From Octopus vulgaris (Eukaryota): a DNA stretch of 64,000 nt. Under the pieces are notes generated by a model, which did not search any database, was not told the DNA's origin, and was given only the letters and a program-made list of their open reading frames with translations. The position numbers and the translations under genes were made by a program. Numbering within the stretch: position 1 is the first letter of the stretch; every line of letters starts with the position of its first letter. Positions 42,651 through 57,129 of the stretch are shown here, piece by piece. Location: the NCBI GenBank assembly GCA_951406725.2, contig OX597830.1:72354001-72418000 (forward strand). The letters run 5' to 3'.

Positions 42651-43272
42651 AACAACACACTTAAATCAGAATTATTAATGTAGGGCTACAATAACGACAA
42701 CAACAGCAGCATTAACCCCTACATCCTCGAACCAAAGACGACGAACACACACTAAAAGACACATGACGCTAATATAATACGCACACATACAGACACACAC
42801 AGAAAAAACACACGCGCACAAAAATGCGCCTGCGCACTCACACAAACGTAGAGTCATCTTAGCAATGTTATAGGCCACTGGGCAAATCAATGCAGTAGGG
42901 CCTTATAGCATTTATTTACTGATAACACGCCACAACGTACATAGATCACACATGGCCTCCTAGAGATATGAGGGCCCAGTGAGCCAATGTTTTAAGGCGA
43001 CATTGCACGCTCTCACACGCATAACATTCACACACACATGCACACCGCATACACACACACACACACACGCATACACACACACACATCATAAGGTATGCGG
43101 CGTGAACTAATACATCATGTTATATTGAGAGAGCTTTCCATATATATATATATATAAATATATATATAGTTCAAATATACAGGAAACAAAAGATGAAGAA
43201 CAAGCAGGTGTATTACTTTGACGCGCGGGAAGGATGGAAATGATTTTGACGGGATATGTATATATATATATA

Positions 43273-43303
<31 letters not shown>

Positions 43304-44146
43304 GTATGTATGTATGTATGTATGTATGCATATATATGTACATGTTTGTGTGTCTCTGTTTGTCCCCCCACCATTGCTGGACAACCGATGTTGGTGTGTT
43401 TACGTTCGCATAACTTAGCGTTTCGGCAAAAAGAACGATACAATAAGTACTAGGCTTACAAACGATGGTGTTGGTGGGGCACACAAATGCAGATACACAC
43501 ATTACATACATATGTATATTAAAAGAGAGTGACAAACATGTTTCTATATGCATATATATATATATATTAATAAATAAAACACATGCATATATATATACAT
43601 ATATGTACGTACCTACCTCTACATGTATATATACACGCATATATGAGTACAGGACACAAAAAAAACGTCGAACACAATGAGAAACGAAAACATAGACACA
43701 AACCCAAGGAACTGGACATTTTTTAAACAACAAAAATATAGAGTACATGACAATTAACACAAAGAAAAAACCCCTTCTTCAGTCGCCATGGTTTCATCTA
43801 CTCTACGTTTCGAAGGATAAAAGCGAGACGTATCTTCGATAAGAAATTTTCCTTCCTGCGAAAAGCAAATCAATTAAAATTTGAGATCTTTTCGCAGAGG
43901 GGTAAAAATGGTAACAAAAACAGGACAGTAACGACAGTACAAAATATAAGCAGCAAAAGACAGGACAAGGAAAAACAAGATAAGAAGGGCTGTTAACGCC
44001 GAATGAAAAAAGTATTACGAACGCTGATTTCTGTGAACGACGAACGGAGCAAAAATAATTGGCGTCCACACCTTGAGAAGGTCAAGCTAGAAAAGACAGT
44101 AGCGGAACTCTCGTCGCGGGTCAACGACGGGAGCGGGGAGGAGGAG

Positions 44147-44178
<32 letters not shown>

Positions 44179-45036
44179 CGCACACACACATATGTGTGTA
44201 GTGGGATGTGTATATAACTTTATATCCCCTGAATAATTATATTTTAGCGTACTTTGCAACCCAGCTCCACGGGACGGGTATCCTCTATCATGTGCTATCA
44301 TACTGCAGGAATTGTCCTTTTACTGGATGTAGATATAGAAATTCATTAATATCCGCTGAATTAACTCAATTGTTAATAAAACAATATATTTTTTTTGAAT
44401 GAACAGGGATTTATCCAAATTACTACAAATTTTTCTTTGCATTAGCATCAGCTGGTAATTGCTGATTGTTTCACATATTTTACACATATTTCACTCGTTA
44501 TTGCATTAATATGTTCTAACAATGGGTCATATTAATGATTTGCACTGCTCTCGAACACACTCACCCGAAGACGTACAGATACACAGCTATTGTTGGATGA
44601 TATATATGCGATATTACTTGCAATATGTGAAACACTCAGCAAATACCAGCTGATACCTAATGCTAATTCACAGAAACAATTGTTGTGTCTTTGATTAATT
44701 AAGGCCTTTTTATTCCAATTTCTTGTATAATAAATTATATTTTGTCTGGAAGAGTAAAACACAAATCAGGTAAAAAAAAAAAAAAGGATTTACTAATGGC
44801 GTGTAAATGTGTTAATAACCAGTTTCGATAGAAAGCATCGAATGCTATCCGGACCATTGGCCTTGGACGTACACCTCCAGTGAACATAACAGGCGCGCTG
44901 CCATTCGACCAAGGCATTCCTTCGAATTTATTCTTACCAGCAAGATTTTTATACATACGTGCAAGCAAGCAAGTACCCACACAAACAATTGCACCCACCC
45001 CCAAATGTGTGTGTATATATATATACAAGAATAAAA

Positions 45037-45073
<37 letters not shown>

Positions 45074-45076
<3 letters not shown>

Positions 45077-45466
45077 TTTTATTCTTTTACTTGTTTCAGT
45101 AATTTGGCTGCGGCTATGCTGGAGCACCGCCTTTAGTCGAGCAAATCGACTCCAGGACTTATTCTTTGTAAGCTTAGTACTTATTCTATCGGTCTTTTTT
45201 GCCGAAGCGCTAGGTTATGGGGAAGTAAACACACCCAGCATCGGTTGTCAAGCGATGTTTTTTTGGGGGGGGGGGGGACAAACACAGATACACAAACATA
45301 TACACACACATACACATATATACATATATATGGCGGGCTTCTTTGAGTTTCCGTCTACCACATCGACTCACGAGGATTTGGTCGGCCCAAAGTGCCACGC
45401 AGTGGGAATAAACCCGGAACCATGTGGTTGGTAAACAAGCTACTTACCACACAGCCACTCCAGCGC
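45074..45466 (-). mobile_element. SINE family A with small internal deletion
   Basis: Colinear with family A. Confidence 0.88.
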
Positions 45467-45487
45467 ATATATATATATATATGTCTG

Positions 45488-45518
<31 letters not shown>

Positions 45519-45548
45519 GTGTATGTATATATGTATATATGTAAATAA

Positions 45549-45654
<106 letters not shown>

Positions 45655-46250
45655 ACAGACAGATAGATTCACATACATGAAAAGCGCGTCCATTAATACA
45701 TAATTTCCTTCCTACCGGTACATACTTTTTACTCCTTTCTCTCTGCCTCTCAACACTTTCACGAAATCTAATAAAACAGCTTCTCACAATATTCAACATA
45801 ATTCGATTCGCCCCACAAACATCTATCACTTTTAAATATCATATTTTATTAACGTATTAATTAATATACTTCATTGAAGTAACGGAAACAACAGTCTTTC
45901 TATTGTTCCTTTACCTACGGAGACGATTAATTATTGTCTAGGAAATGAATTTACAAGAAGTAAAACCGTTTTTCGTGTGTGTTCTCATCACCTGTTCGTT
46001 GCAGAAAATTTAAACCTTGCATCATAAAACAGGATGGATAACTCTCTGTAATATTATATATGCATGAGTGACCGAGATCAGGCAATAAAATGAAAGATTC
46101 TCTTCCAACTGTACGTTATAGTGATATAGTATTCTGCTATTTCATTCCTAAGGAAAACCATCTTACATTATGCATGCATGCGTGCATGTTTGTATGTATG
46201 TATGTATGTATGTATGTATGTATGTATGTATGTATGTATGTATGTATGAA

Positions 46251-46300
<50 letters not shown>

Positions 46301-46304
<4 letters not shown>

Positions 46305-46422
46305 CCTGCTCGCTTAGCCAGCGGGGTGGCGTCATTTGAAGGCTAAAACAATGCGAAGCGCATTGTGATCAGCGATGTGTATGCAACATATGATAGCCTG
46401 GTTGGTGACGGTGACGGTGAAG

Positions 46423-46427
<5 letters not shown>
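46301..46427 (+). mobile_element. 5'-truncated RTE-like tail shared with the SINE at 14259
   Basis: TTGGCCTGCTCGCTTAGCCAGCG...GCGCATTGTGA.CAGCGATGTGT; lies within (TA)n. Confidence 0.8.
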
Positions 46428-46466
<39 letters not shown>

Positions 46467-46664
46467 TCCTTATTAGCCATACAGGGCTGAACACAGAAAG
46501 GACAAATTACAAAGTAGAATTTTTCTTTTGGTGGAAGTGGAAAAAATGGGTATGTTTTCGATCAAAAGGGATCGTAAATGGAAAGAAAGAGAAAAGCAAA
46601 AGAAAAAAAAAGGAAAAAAGAAAAAATCGATCAGTAGGGATCGTTATCACAGAAATGTCAATGT

Positions 46665-46748
<84 letters not shown>

Positions 46749-47707
46749 GTAGATTTATAAATATATATACTACTCTAACATTGTTATCTATGCATTACAA
46801 TTGGCCGAAATTGATTGTTGCGCTAGGTGACTGTATTGGGTGCGTACGGAAACATCTAAGCATTGATGTTGAGTTCAGTTCCCAGTGTTTCGGTCCATCT
46901 GCTTTTAGGTGAAGTGTTTAGATTTAGTTGCTTTAAATGGAGTATACATTTTGCTCTTTAAAAAAAGGACCTACGTGTGTCGCTCTTCTCCGTAATTTTC
47001 AGCCTTAAGATTTGTTTATAAATATATATGCGGAAATTATTGCACACATACACATAATTATATATTCTTTGACCCGTTTCACTCATTGACCCGCGTGCAT
47101 GCAGAAGCTACTCCTGAAACTTGTAGTCATTCAAATACACCGTATTACATATAGTAGATAACACTTACCTAAGGAGCTGAGCCAAATGCGCAGGAAGGAG
47201 ATGCGCAGGAAGGCATGGTTGTATGGTTAAGAATTTCGCTTCATAACTTAAACAAGTTCCGCCTTCTTTGGGTAGCTCCTTGGTCGCGTAAATTTTACAA
47301 AGGTCTCAGATTGACAAATACCATAAAGGTTCTCCTCAAGCTTTTGATAACAGCATAGATTATATTTAATGAGAGGACCTATGAATAAAAGCCATACGAT
47401 AGTTACCATCTTAATTCTTTTCAAAACCGTAGAGAGTTACCTGATGGAGATTCAGTTGCTATTTGTAGCATGTCCAGCAACGGTATAGTAGTTACCTCCT
47501 AATCTCACATTGAATCTATAATGACTTGTAATATTCCATAAACCTACACCATTATGGGTCTTTGTCATTTAATGAGCATAGTAACTGCATAAACCTTGGT
47601 TCGCCCGAATGCATAACTCTTTTACTTTTTGTGTTTCTGTACTCTTTGTTTTGTATTCCAAGAGAATATAAGTCTGGTTGTATTTATCGGCACTTCCAAT
47701 CATATAT

Positions 47708-47937
47708 ATTTCTTTACTACCCACAAGGGGCTAAACACAGAGGGGATAAACAAGGACAGACAAACGGATTAAGTCGATTACATCGACCCCAGTGCGTAAC
47801 TGGTACTTAATTTATCGACCCCGAAAGGATGAAAGGCAAAGTCGACCTCGGCGGAAATTGAACTCAGAACGTAACGGCAGACAAAATACGGCTGCGCATT
47901 TCGCCCGGCGTGCTAACGTTTCCGCCAGCTCGCCGCC
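47708..47937 (-). mobile_element. SINE family B, full length, 17-bp TSD
   Basis: TSD GGCACTTCCAATCATAT at 47689-47705 and 47950-47966. Confidence 0.93.
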
Positions 47938-48030
47938 TTATATATGATTGGCACTTCCAATCATATTTGTATGTGTGTGCGTGCGTGTGTGTGTGGTGGG
48001 GGGGTGAGTGTGTGTTTGCGTGTGGGTGTA

Positions 48031-48535
48031 TAGGGTGATTGACAAGTAACTCCCTATTTTAAAAGACTTATAATTTATTTATTAACTATAATTTATAGAA
48101 AAAAATGAACATGGGAAGAAAGAGTATACCATGGAGTTTTATTTAAAAATCGATATAGGCACCAGCTTTCACCACCAGATTCCGAAGCCGCCCGGGAACT
48201 GCATCAACTGATTTCATCAGGAAATTTTGTAGGATGGAAGACATAACTTCTGGTATTCGCCCGTCAAGTTCTTCCAAAGTCGTTGGCTTTCTAGAGTAGA
48301 AAAAGTCGTCTGTTATTAAATCAGGGCTTCAGGACGGCCAATCATACGGACCTCGACGAAACATTCATCTCCCAGGTGAGTGGGCATTCAGCCATTCACG
48401 AATAACAATGACAAAATGTGTTGAGGCACCTTTCAGCATTCATGGTACTGCAAAGGATGAAAGGACCCACAATCATGTCCGGAGTCATTCTACACCATAC
48501 CCTTACCGTGGGACGATTCTACATTTTTTTCAGAG
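48031..48535 (-). pseudogene. maT/DD37D-like transposon 3' half with TIR end
   Basis: GASTHF..IREWLNAHSPGR..RRGPYDWPS*SPDLITDDF...GRLRNLVVKAGAYIDF; terminus TA|TAGGGTGA. Confidence 0.82.
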
Positions 48536-48640
48536 GTAATATCCAATTTTTCACCCTCATTTTAACTTTATATATATATATATTTTGCTTTTGAATTTGG
48601 TTTGCAAGATTCTTTATATGAGTTCTTGTGTTGAAGCATA

Positions 48641-48933
48641 TTCTGTTGTCTGGGGAGAGTCATTCTCTTTTTGTGCCTTATGATTTAACACACTCACCGG
48701 TAAAATTTCCACTTCTTACTTATTTTAATTTTCCTAAAACTTTCGTTGCATCTTGCAACCTTTTCAATAGTCTTAACTCTTCTCAATAGTCTTGAGAGTC
48801 AAGACTATTGAAAAGGTTGCAAGACGCAACGAAAATTTTAGGAAAATAAAAATAAGAAATAAGTGGAAATTTTACCGGTGAGTGTGTTAAATCATAAGGC
48901 ACAAATAGAAAATGACTCTCCCCAGATACAACA

Positions 48934-48934
<1 letters not shown>
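48641..48934. repeat. Long palindrome (~138-bp arms, ~90% identity)
   Basis: CTGTTGTCTGGGGAGAGTCATT...CAATAGTCTTAACTCT and its reverse complement, centred near 48787. Confidence 0.95.
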
Positions 48935-49013
<79 letters not shown>

Positions 49014-49044
49014 ATATATGTACGTATTTATGTATTTATGTGTG

Positions 49045-49265
49045 TGTCTTTCTGTCTGTGTTTGTCCACCGACCATCGCTTGAAAACCGATATTGGTGTA
49101 TTTTTGCCTCCTTAACTTATCGGTTCTTTAAAAGGGACTAATAGAATAAATACTAAGCTTTCAAATAATAACTCCCGAGGTTGATGCCTTCGACTAAAAA
49201 TCCCTTTGACACATTGCTCTAGCATGCCCACAGTCAAATGACTGAAGCATGTAAACGAATAAAAT
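49045..49265 (+). mobile_element. SINE family A 3' half, diverged
   Basis: Colinear with the family A 3' half. Confidence 0.75.
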
Positions 49266-49592
49266 AATATAGCATTTCGTATATCTTATATCATATACAT
49301 ACACCATACATCACTACAGGTGCACTCAAAATCTCATGCACAAAAGCTCATACATAAAATGGCACAGTATTTTCTCTACTTTTGTTTCACGCTGTCATTT
49401 TTCTATATGCATAGTATAAGAGCACTGAAACTAGTGAAAGTCGAAGAGCCATATATTCACTAGGTCCGAAAACTTCTTTTAACAAATCTAATGATGTATT
49501 ACCACCGTTACATACATGTGTGTAAATATATATATATATATACATATAGGTCAGTTTCAACCTGATTATTTTCTGTTTCTCTTCCTCCATCT

Positions 49593-49646
<54 letters not shown>

Positions 49647-50937
49647 GAGACCACAATAAAAAAAGTGGTTTTAAATATATTAGAACCAACTGTAACGGGA
49701 AATCTAACAATATTTTTGTGCAAAATTGTACAAATATATAAATTGACAAGCTAGAATAATTGATGCGGAAGAAACACACTGAATATAAAGCTAATAGAAT
49801 TGCATTCTTAACTCCAAGATCAAGTTCGTTACATAATGTATATCTTGTAAAGAATGAATTAAGTTATTTAGCTGAACTATCATTGAGTTTATGTATTTTT
49901 TGTTGTATAAATCGAACAACATTTTCAAAGATTTACGGTTTATTTAAAGTTTTAGGCATATGCTATTTATTCTAACCTTATATATGTATTTTTTTTATTC
50001 ATAAAGCCCAAAAATATGTATAGTATAGATTCCCTGAAATGGTTTATATTTGATCCAGTATATCGTTGTTAAATGAAGAATGTGTAAAACCAGGTCAAGG
50101 GAGAATTCCATCGAATTTCCTTAGAAAGAATAAGAGAAGCAGTGTGTGTAAGTTAACAATAATTTGTGATAAAGAATTACGAGACACATATAAGTCTACA
50201 TGATAGTTTAACATTGCAAAGATTATACAAGGAATATTTTAAAATTCCAGTAAATAGCATTTCTTAAAGTTGACTTATTATACACAAAACGATTTATTAA
50301 AAGGATTCTCCAAGTATATTTACAATAAGACATATTATTTATTTAGATATGTAGTTATTTATATTAATTTTTTGTTTGTCTTTTTCGCAAAACATGATTC
50401 CTTGTAAAGCCCGATATTGTTTCGGCGTGATTTACTACGTATGCAAACTTACTTCGTTTAGAAAGATGAGTTATTACGGTAGCGTCTACAGAGAGAAGAT
50501 AAATACGAGTTGCTTATCGACATCCAAGGCTTCATAAAATGAAAGTAAATATAAAGTGTATATAAAGCTTTAAATCTTCTGACGTAAGTCTTCGCAACTA
50601 TTATTACAGTGACAGCAGCCTCGCCACAGTTTTTTTTTTCATTCTTCAAAGCAAAATTGAGAATACTATCGATGTTAGCAGGGATTCCCATACTATACTT
50701 TGCATGCAAGATCTGTAGCTCGATGAACACCTTTATATACTATGGATGAATGTACATACACCCATGGACACACACACACATATATGTTATATATGGATAA
50801 TGGAACTGCAGCCGTAACATCCAGCATATTTTTATATTTATTCTCTTATTTCCTTTCATACTTCCTATATCTCTCCTTTCCCAAAATAATTTCTTATATT
50901 GAAGTCTACTGTTTCCCTCTACTTAACTCTCTCATAT

Positions 50938-50987
50938 AGTCTCTGATGAAGAGATATCCTTCAAATCCCCGAAACAGCTGTAAGACT
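50938..50987 (+). ncRNA. Minimal type I hammerhead ribozyme motif
   Basis: AGTCT-CTGATGA-(AGAGAT...ATCCCC)-GAAA-CAGCTG-TA-AGACT: perfect stem I, palindromic ACAGCTGT stem III, GUA site; stem II partly mismatched. Confidence 0.7.
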
Positions 50988-51156
50988 ACCTTTCTCTTTG
51001 TAAATATCCTAGAAATTTCGCACTGCTTTGGCTTTGTTGTCCCATTTTATTTAACATATGCATGCTCATATATGACCCGCATTAGACTCCTCACTCATAC
51101 TGTTATCGAACCGGGAGTCCAATTAAGGTCCTTCTGTAGCACTTACATCTATCTAG

Positions 51157-51190
<34 letters not shown>

Positions 51191-51192
51191 GT

Positions 51193-51226
<34 letters not shown>

Positions 51227-51346
51227 CTATCTTTGTATGTGTGTGTAAACAATAAATTGAAAAGATTCAATTGACAATCTAATAATTTATTTATATTATA
51301 TTATCACATAATATACTATGAATATAAGATAATATAAGATAACATA

Positions 51347-51410
<64 letters not shown>

Positions 51411-51958
51411 CATATATTAGGCGCAGGCGTGACTGTGTGGTAAGAAATTTGCTTCCCAACCACATGATTCTAGATTGTACTGACCTCTGACCTCAGATAG
51501 GCACCCAAACACTCTGAAATGTTCGTATTGGAGATTCTGGCGTGAATACCAAACAGTACAGCATGTCGCTTCCAAATTTCAGGGAGTTAGATTGCGTCAG
51601 GGAGAGTGAATTGCTATACTTCTTCCAGACGATGCTCAACTGATCCTACTATACTCTATCGTCGACAAAATCGAGGATAAACAATGCACATGGGTGAAAT
51701 TAAACAATAAAATGGCAACTATTTACCAGGCGTAAAATATAGATAAGAACTGTTGCCGATCTATTAGACAAAACCCTTCTTGGCGGTGTCCCAGCATGGC
51801 CACTGTTCAATGAGTGAAGCAAATATAAAATATAGGAGCATCCAAATGATATTCCAGAAGGCAACACAATATATGTCAAATTTCAGACGAGAAGCAACCA
51901 CAATATGGCTCATGTCATGATTTCCTCAGATGGGTATTTTGCTTACTAAATACAATTA

Positions 51959-52111
51959 ACATATGTACTCGTATATAACCCGCACTCCTGTATAAATTGC
52001 TACCTTAATTCTTAAAATTTTGGTGCAACGTTTTTTTTCTCTACATAGTTTTAGCTTTACCCTATTAAAATCAAGTGTAAGCTATTGCGATACATACACG
52101 AGTAAATACGG
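51959..52111. mobile_element. Possible pogo/Tc2-type MITE relic
   Basis: Right end TACACGAGTAAATACGG|TA; decayed inverted counterpart ATATGTACTCGTATATAA. Confidence 0.4.
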
Positions 52112-52339
52112 TATTATTTATGATTTATACGCAAATAATTATTTGGTATTTAATTAATATTAATATACACAAGGCTTCAATGATGCAATTCCATCAATCA
52201 TACAGTTGAAGTGATAAGAACATGTCCAGACTGTCAAAGGGCGCAGTATGATCGTAATTGTCGTCTAGACGTGGTTAGGAAATATCGAGGAGGATTTTTC
52301 TGTTATGCCCATTTCGGTTGTAAGCACGTAATGATCCTT

Positions 52340-52543
52340 TATAGCATAGGTACAAGGGCTGAAATTTTGGTGGAAGAGGCTTGTCGATTACTCCGGCTCC
52401 AGTCCCCAACTGATATTTATTTCAACGGCCGTGGGAGGATGAAAGGCAGAGTTAGCCTCCAAATTTGAACTCAGAACGTAAGGACGAACGAAATGCCACT
52501 AAGCATCTTGTCCGGCGTGCTAATGATTCTGCCACCTCGCTGC
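52340..52543 (-). mobile_element. SINE family B-related diverged copy
   Basis: GGATGAAAGGCA...TTTGAACTCAGAACGTAA...CCGGCGTGCTAA. Confidence 0.7.
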
Positions 52544-52555
52544 TTTATTTGCATA

Positions 52556-52939
52556 CTAGCAGTATCGCCCGGCGTTGCTCAGGTTTGTAAGGGAAATAAC
52601 TATAAAGCATTTTTAGAGAGTTATAGCCAAAAAATAGAAAAAAAATGGAAAAAAAATGATGGTAAATTTTTTTGAGAGTTAAAAAAGGTGGAGTTGCGTC
52701 CCCTAGACGGTCTGTGGTTTGGGTTTCTGATTCTCGACCCCATATCGAATTTATCGATTTTTTTCAGAACTGGGGGAACTTTTAACAATTTTCGCTGCGT
52801 TAGTTTTGAATTATGACATTGGGCTATGTGTGTGTCAAGTTTCATCAGAATCGGTTGAAAGCCGTGGTCAGAGTGAGGGTACGAGAAAACAGACACACAG
52901 AAACACACACAGACAAACTGCCGTTTATATAGAGAGAGA
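52556..52939 (-). mobile_element. Non-autonomous Helitron
   Basis: 5' TC, subterminal GC hairpin + CTAG, A^T target. Shares its 3' end with 119-414. Confidence 0.8.
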
Positions 52940-53112
52940 TAATGTTACTTCTTGATGAGAACTGACGTGAGGGTAAACAAAACAAGAATAACACAATCAA
53001 CAAGACGAGTATTTAAAATGACATGCAGAGTTTTTGATTGTGTGGAAGCGCACGCTCGTATATATCAATCCGACGACCTGACCGATATATATTTTTTGTT
53101 ACTTTATTTTAT

Positions 53113-53270
53113 GGCGTAGGAGAGGATGTGTGGTAAGTAGCTTGATTACCAACCACATAGTTCCACTGTGTGGGACCTTGGGCAAGTGTCTTCTACTATA
53201 TCATCGGGCCGACCAAAGCTTCTGAGTGGATTTGGTAGACGGAAACTGAAAGAAACCAGTCGTATATATG

Positions 53271-53353
<83 letters not shown>

Positions 53354-53549
53354 TGTGTGTTTGTGTGTCTGTGTGTCGCTTGACAACCGATCCTGGTGTG
53401 TTTACGTCCCCGTAACATAGCGGTTTGGCAAAAGCGACTGATAGAATAAGTACAAGGCTTAAAAAGAATAAGTCCTGGGGTCGATTTGCTCGACTAAAGG
53501 CGGTGCTCCAGCATGGCCACAGTCAAATGACTGAAACAAGTAAAAGAGT
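53113..53549 (+). mobile_element. SINE family A, near full length
   Basis: Colinear with family A; B-box region deleted. Confidence 0.88.
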
Positions 53550-54433
53550 ATTTATTATCAAACATAGGGATAAAAAAAACCCAGCTTACACTGAACATCG
53601 CTGTGGTTTGAACTCTTAATCGAAAAAGGCCGTAACATAACGCACTAAGCAATTTAGAGCGGCATGCTAAAGTTTCAAACTCTTCAACCTTACACAATAT
53701 AATGAAAGCAAGCTGACATTTGCTGTTTCCCTCATTATATTTTTAGTAGCTATGATTTTATATATTTATTTTTGCAATAATTTCTATAATTTATTTTTAA
53801 GATAGCTTAACAGCGCAAATATTTACACAAATCATTTTAATAATAAGTATTTCCGGCGAGATACAATACGATATTTGCACTGCTCTACGGGAACAGTGGT
53901 TAGGTCAGGTTAGAGGGATTTAGGGCTAGAATTTGACAACATATCTGTTGTTTTTTTGTGTGAATTTTTACTTTTCTTATGTTTTTTTTTGTTTTTTTAA
54001 CCTACTCAAGGTGAATCAGTGAATCACATTTACCACATAAAAATGGAATTAAATAAAACAAGACACAGGGACAGCAAAAACTTGCATAGCATTGTTTCGT
54101 TTCAGTTTCACGGCACAGCCCCAACAATATCACCCTTACGAAAATCACGCCAGTCTTTCTGTGCTTAATTATTTATAGTTGCACTTAAATGAGTGTGATT
54201 TTCGGGGTTAGGAGAGTCTGGAATCTTATACAAAATTTCTCTTTCTTTACTCCAACGATAAATTCATCACTATCATTATTATTGATATTATTATTATTAT
54301 TATTATGGAAATAAATGATAATAATGATAACAATGTGTATGCGCATCCATATATATGTGCCTATAGAAATTTGTTTTTCTGTGTATGTATATGATTACGA
54401 ACTTATGTATAATACACACACACGCACACACAC

Positions 54434-54526
<93 letters not shown>

Positions 54527-54606
54527 CATAAATATATTTTTTATATATCCGTATGCATGTACCTATATATATGTATATGTATATATGTATCTACATATGT
54601 ATTTAT

Positions 54607-54646
<40 letters not shown>

Positions 54647-54688
54647 AAATGAACCAGTTCTAGTCCTGTAGAAGCTCCTTCTATATAT

Positions 54689-54753
<65 letters not shown>

Positions 54754-55300
54754 CGTATGTATGTACGTATGTATGCATAGCTTAACAATTGTAGATCGTT
54801 GGATGAAAAGATATAGCAAAAGAACTAGGGAATAAGGATAAAAAATCAAAAACGGATAAAAGGTTCCTAACATGTGGTGTGTGCATATCCATATATTACA
54901 TATATATGTATATATATTATATATATATAAATATATATATATATGCATATATTTATACACACATATATATATACGCACGCATACTTATATGAGAGGACAT
55001 ATAAAGAAGAGAGAGATAGAGTGGGTGAGTATTTATGTGCGCGTTTGTGTACACGCCTGTGTAAGTCTGTGTGCGCGCCTGTCCATGTGCGAGTGACACC
55101 CTGCGTGTTTGTGTTTGAGGAAATGCGTGTGCGTTTTTATGGGGTGTGTGTGACTGTGAATTGGGTCTCTATACTTGAGAAACAATTTTCGGCGCCTCAG
55201 CACAGGAGGATATGTGGCTATAAAACCGTCATAAAACATATCTGGTGTGAAGTTATAAAGAACAGGTAGTAGTGGAGATGTGAGCTGGCATTTGATGTTT

Positions 55301-55356
<56 letters not shown>

Positions 55357-55464
55357 TATATATATATATTTATATATGATATATATATATTAGATATATA
55401 TACATATATATTTATATATGATATATATATATATATGTATATATGTATATATATGCATATACAT

Positions 55465-55518
<54 letters not shown>

Positions 55519-55587
55519 ATATGTATATATATATATGAATACGTGTGTGCATCTATCTAGCTATCTCTCTATCTATCTGTCTACTTA

Positions 55588-55660
<73 letters not shown>

Positions 55661-55764
55661 ATATATAGTTATATATAGTTAAATATATATAAAATTAAGG
55701 GAGACAGGAGTAAATTTCAGAGATCTGTGTATATATCCATTCAATCTATTTCAAATTATCGAAA

Positions 55765-56105
55765 TAGCAGTTTGGCAAAAGACACCGATAGAATAAGTAC
55801 TAGGCTTACAAAGAATAAGTCCTGAGGTCGATTTGCTCGACTAAAGGCGCTGATCTTGCATGGCCACAGTCAAATGTCTGAAACAACTAAAGAGTAACCC
55901 ATGTTGTACTCCTAAATTTCCCTGCAGTGCCCTGACCGCAGAACGATAGAGAAAACTTTCCCTCAGCTTCTTTAAAAACTTGAGTCCAAGCAAAATCTCT
56001 ATCATTTTCATTGTTTATTATGATCAGGTTTATTATGATCGGCTAAAGGCGGTACTCCAGCATGGCCACAGTCAAATGACTGAAACAAGTAAAAGAGCAA
56101 AAGAG
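55765..56105 (+). mobile_element. Two family A 3' fragments (55765-55896 and 56043-56105)
   Basis: Match to the family A 3' end. Confidence 0.75.
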
Positions 56106-56173
56106 AGAAGATGGAGCCTGGAAGAGAGACAGAGAAATAGTGAAATCAGTAAAAACTAAAAAGCAGAAATCAT

Positions 56174-56247
<74 letters not shown>

Positions 56248-56454
56248 TTGCAAATAGGGGACAAGTCTATATTATTCTACGTCTGCATGTTCAAATCGCA
56301 GGCAAAATCGAAATGTTTAACAGGAGTACAGTTTTGATTAATTCAAAATTATAAAAAAAATTCTTTGCTGAGGTTAATATATTACGTTAAAATTTCCGAA
56401 CGCGCTCACTTATACTATGAAACGTTCACGGGTTCCACAAATAATAATAATGTT

Positions 56455-56902
56455 TTCTAATGTAGGCACACATCTGAAATGTTGGTTGTAACTGGCTTGT
56501 CGATTATATCGGCCCGAAAACTTGTTTGGTACTTATTTTATCGACCCTGAGAGAATGAAAGGCAAAGTTGACCCTAGCGGGATTTAAACGCATAAAGTCA
56601 AGTTGGACCAAATGCCTTTAAGCAATGATGAAGAAGATAATAAAAAAAAAAAAAAAAAAAAAAAATAATAATAATAATAATAATGATCCTTTTTTATTAT
56701 AGGCGCAAGGTTTGAATTTTTGGCTGAGGAGACTAGTTGATTGCGCCGACACAAAAATTTCGCTGGTGCTTAATTTATCGACCCCTAAAGGATGGAAGGC
56801 CAAGTCTACCACGGTGGAAATAGAACTCAGAAATTAGCGATAAGCGAAATACCGCTAAGCATTTCTCGTCCAGCGTGCTAACGACTCTGCCAGTTCGCCG
56901 CC
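56455..56902 (-). mobile_element. Two diverged family B-related SINEs
   Basis: TTTATCGACCC...GAAAGGCAAAGT motifs at ~56540 and ~56775. Confidence 0.7.
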
Positions 56903-57085
56903 TTATCCAGAAGACAGCATTGTCGGGTACAGCTCGCATTTTAAGGAGAGTATTATTGTGTTTTTGAGTTAGAGGAGAAGGCAATTCTTGAAACCTTCGG
57001 TGATTTGTTGTTGCCTGTTTCCAAGTAAAGATTAACCGGTAATTAAGAACTGGCCTAGAGACTTTAATAATAATAATAATAATAA

Positions 57086-57127
<42 letters not shown>
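56903..57127 (+). mobile_element. R4/Dong-clade LINE 3' end with (TAA)n tail
   Basis: IQKTALSGTARILRRVL (LQKxALLGTARILRKVL C-terminal motif), short 3' UTR, then (TAA)n. Confidence 0.8.

Positions 57128-57129
<2 letters not shown>

Noticed and set aside
44800-44960. GC-richer patch as a coding exon
   Set aside because: No recognisable translation and no consistent splice pair.
53895-53930. Second telomeric tract (GGTTAGGTCAGGTTAG)
   Set aside because: Too short and degenerate; such motifs are common inside DNA transposon relics.
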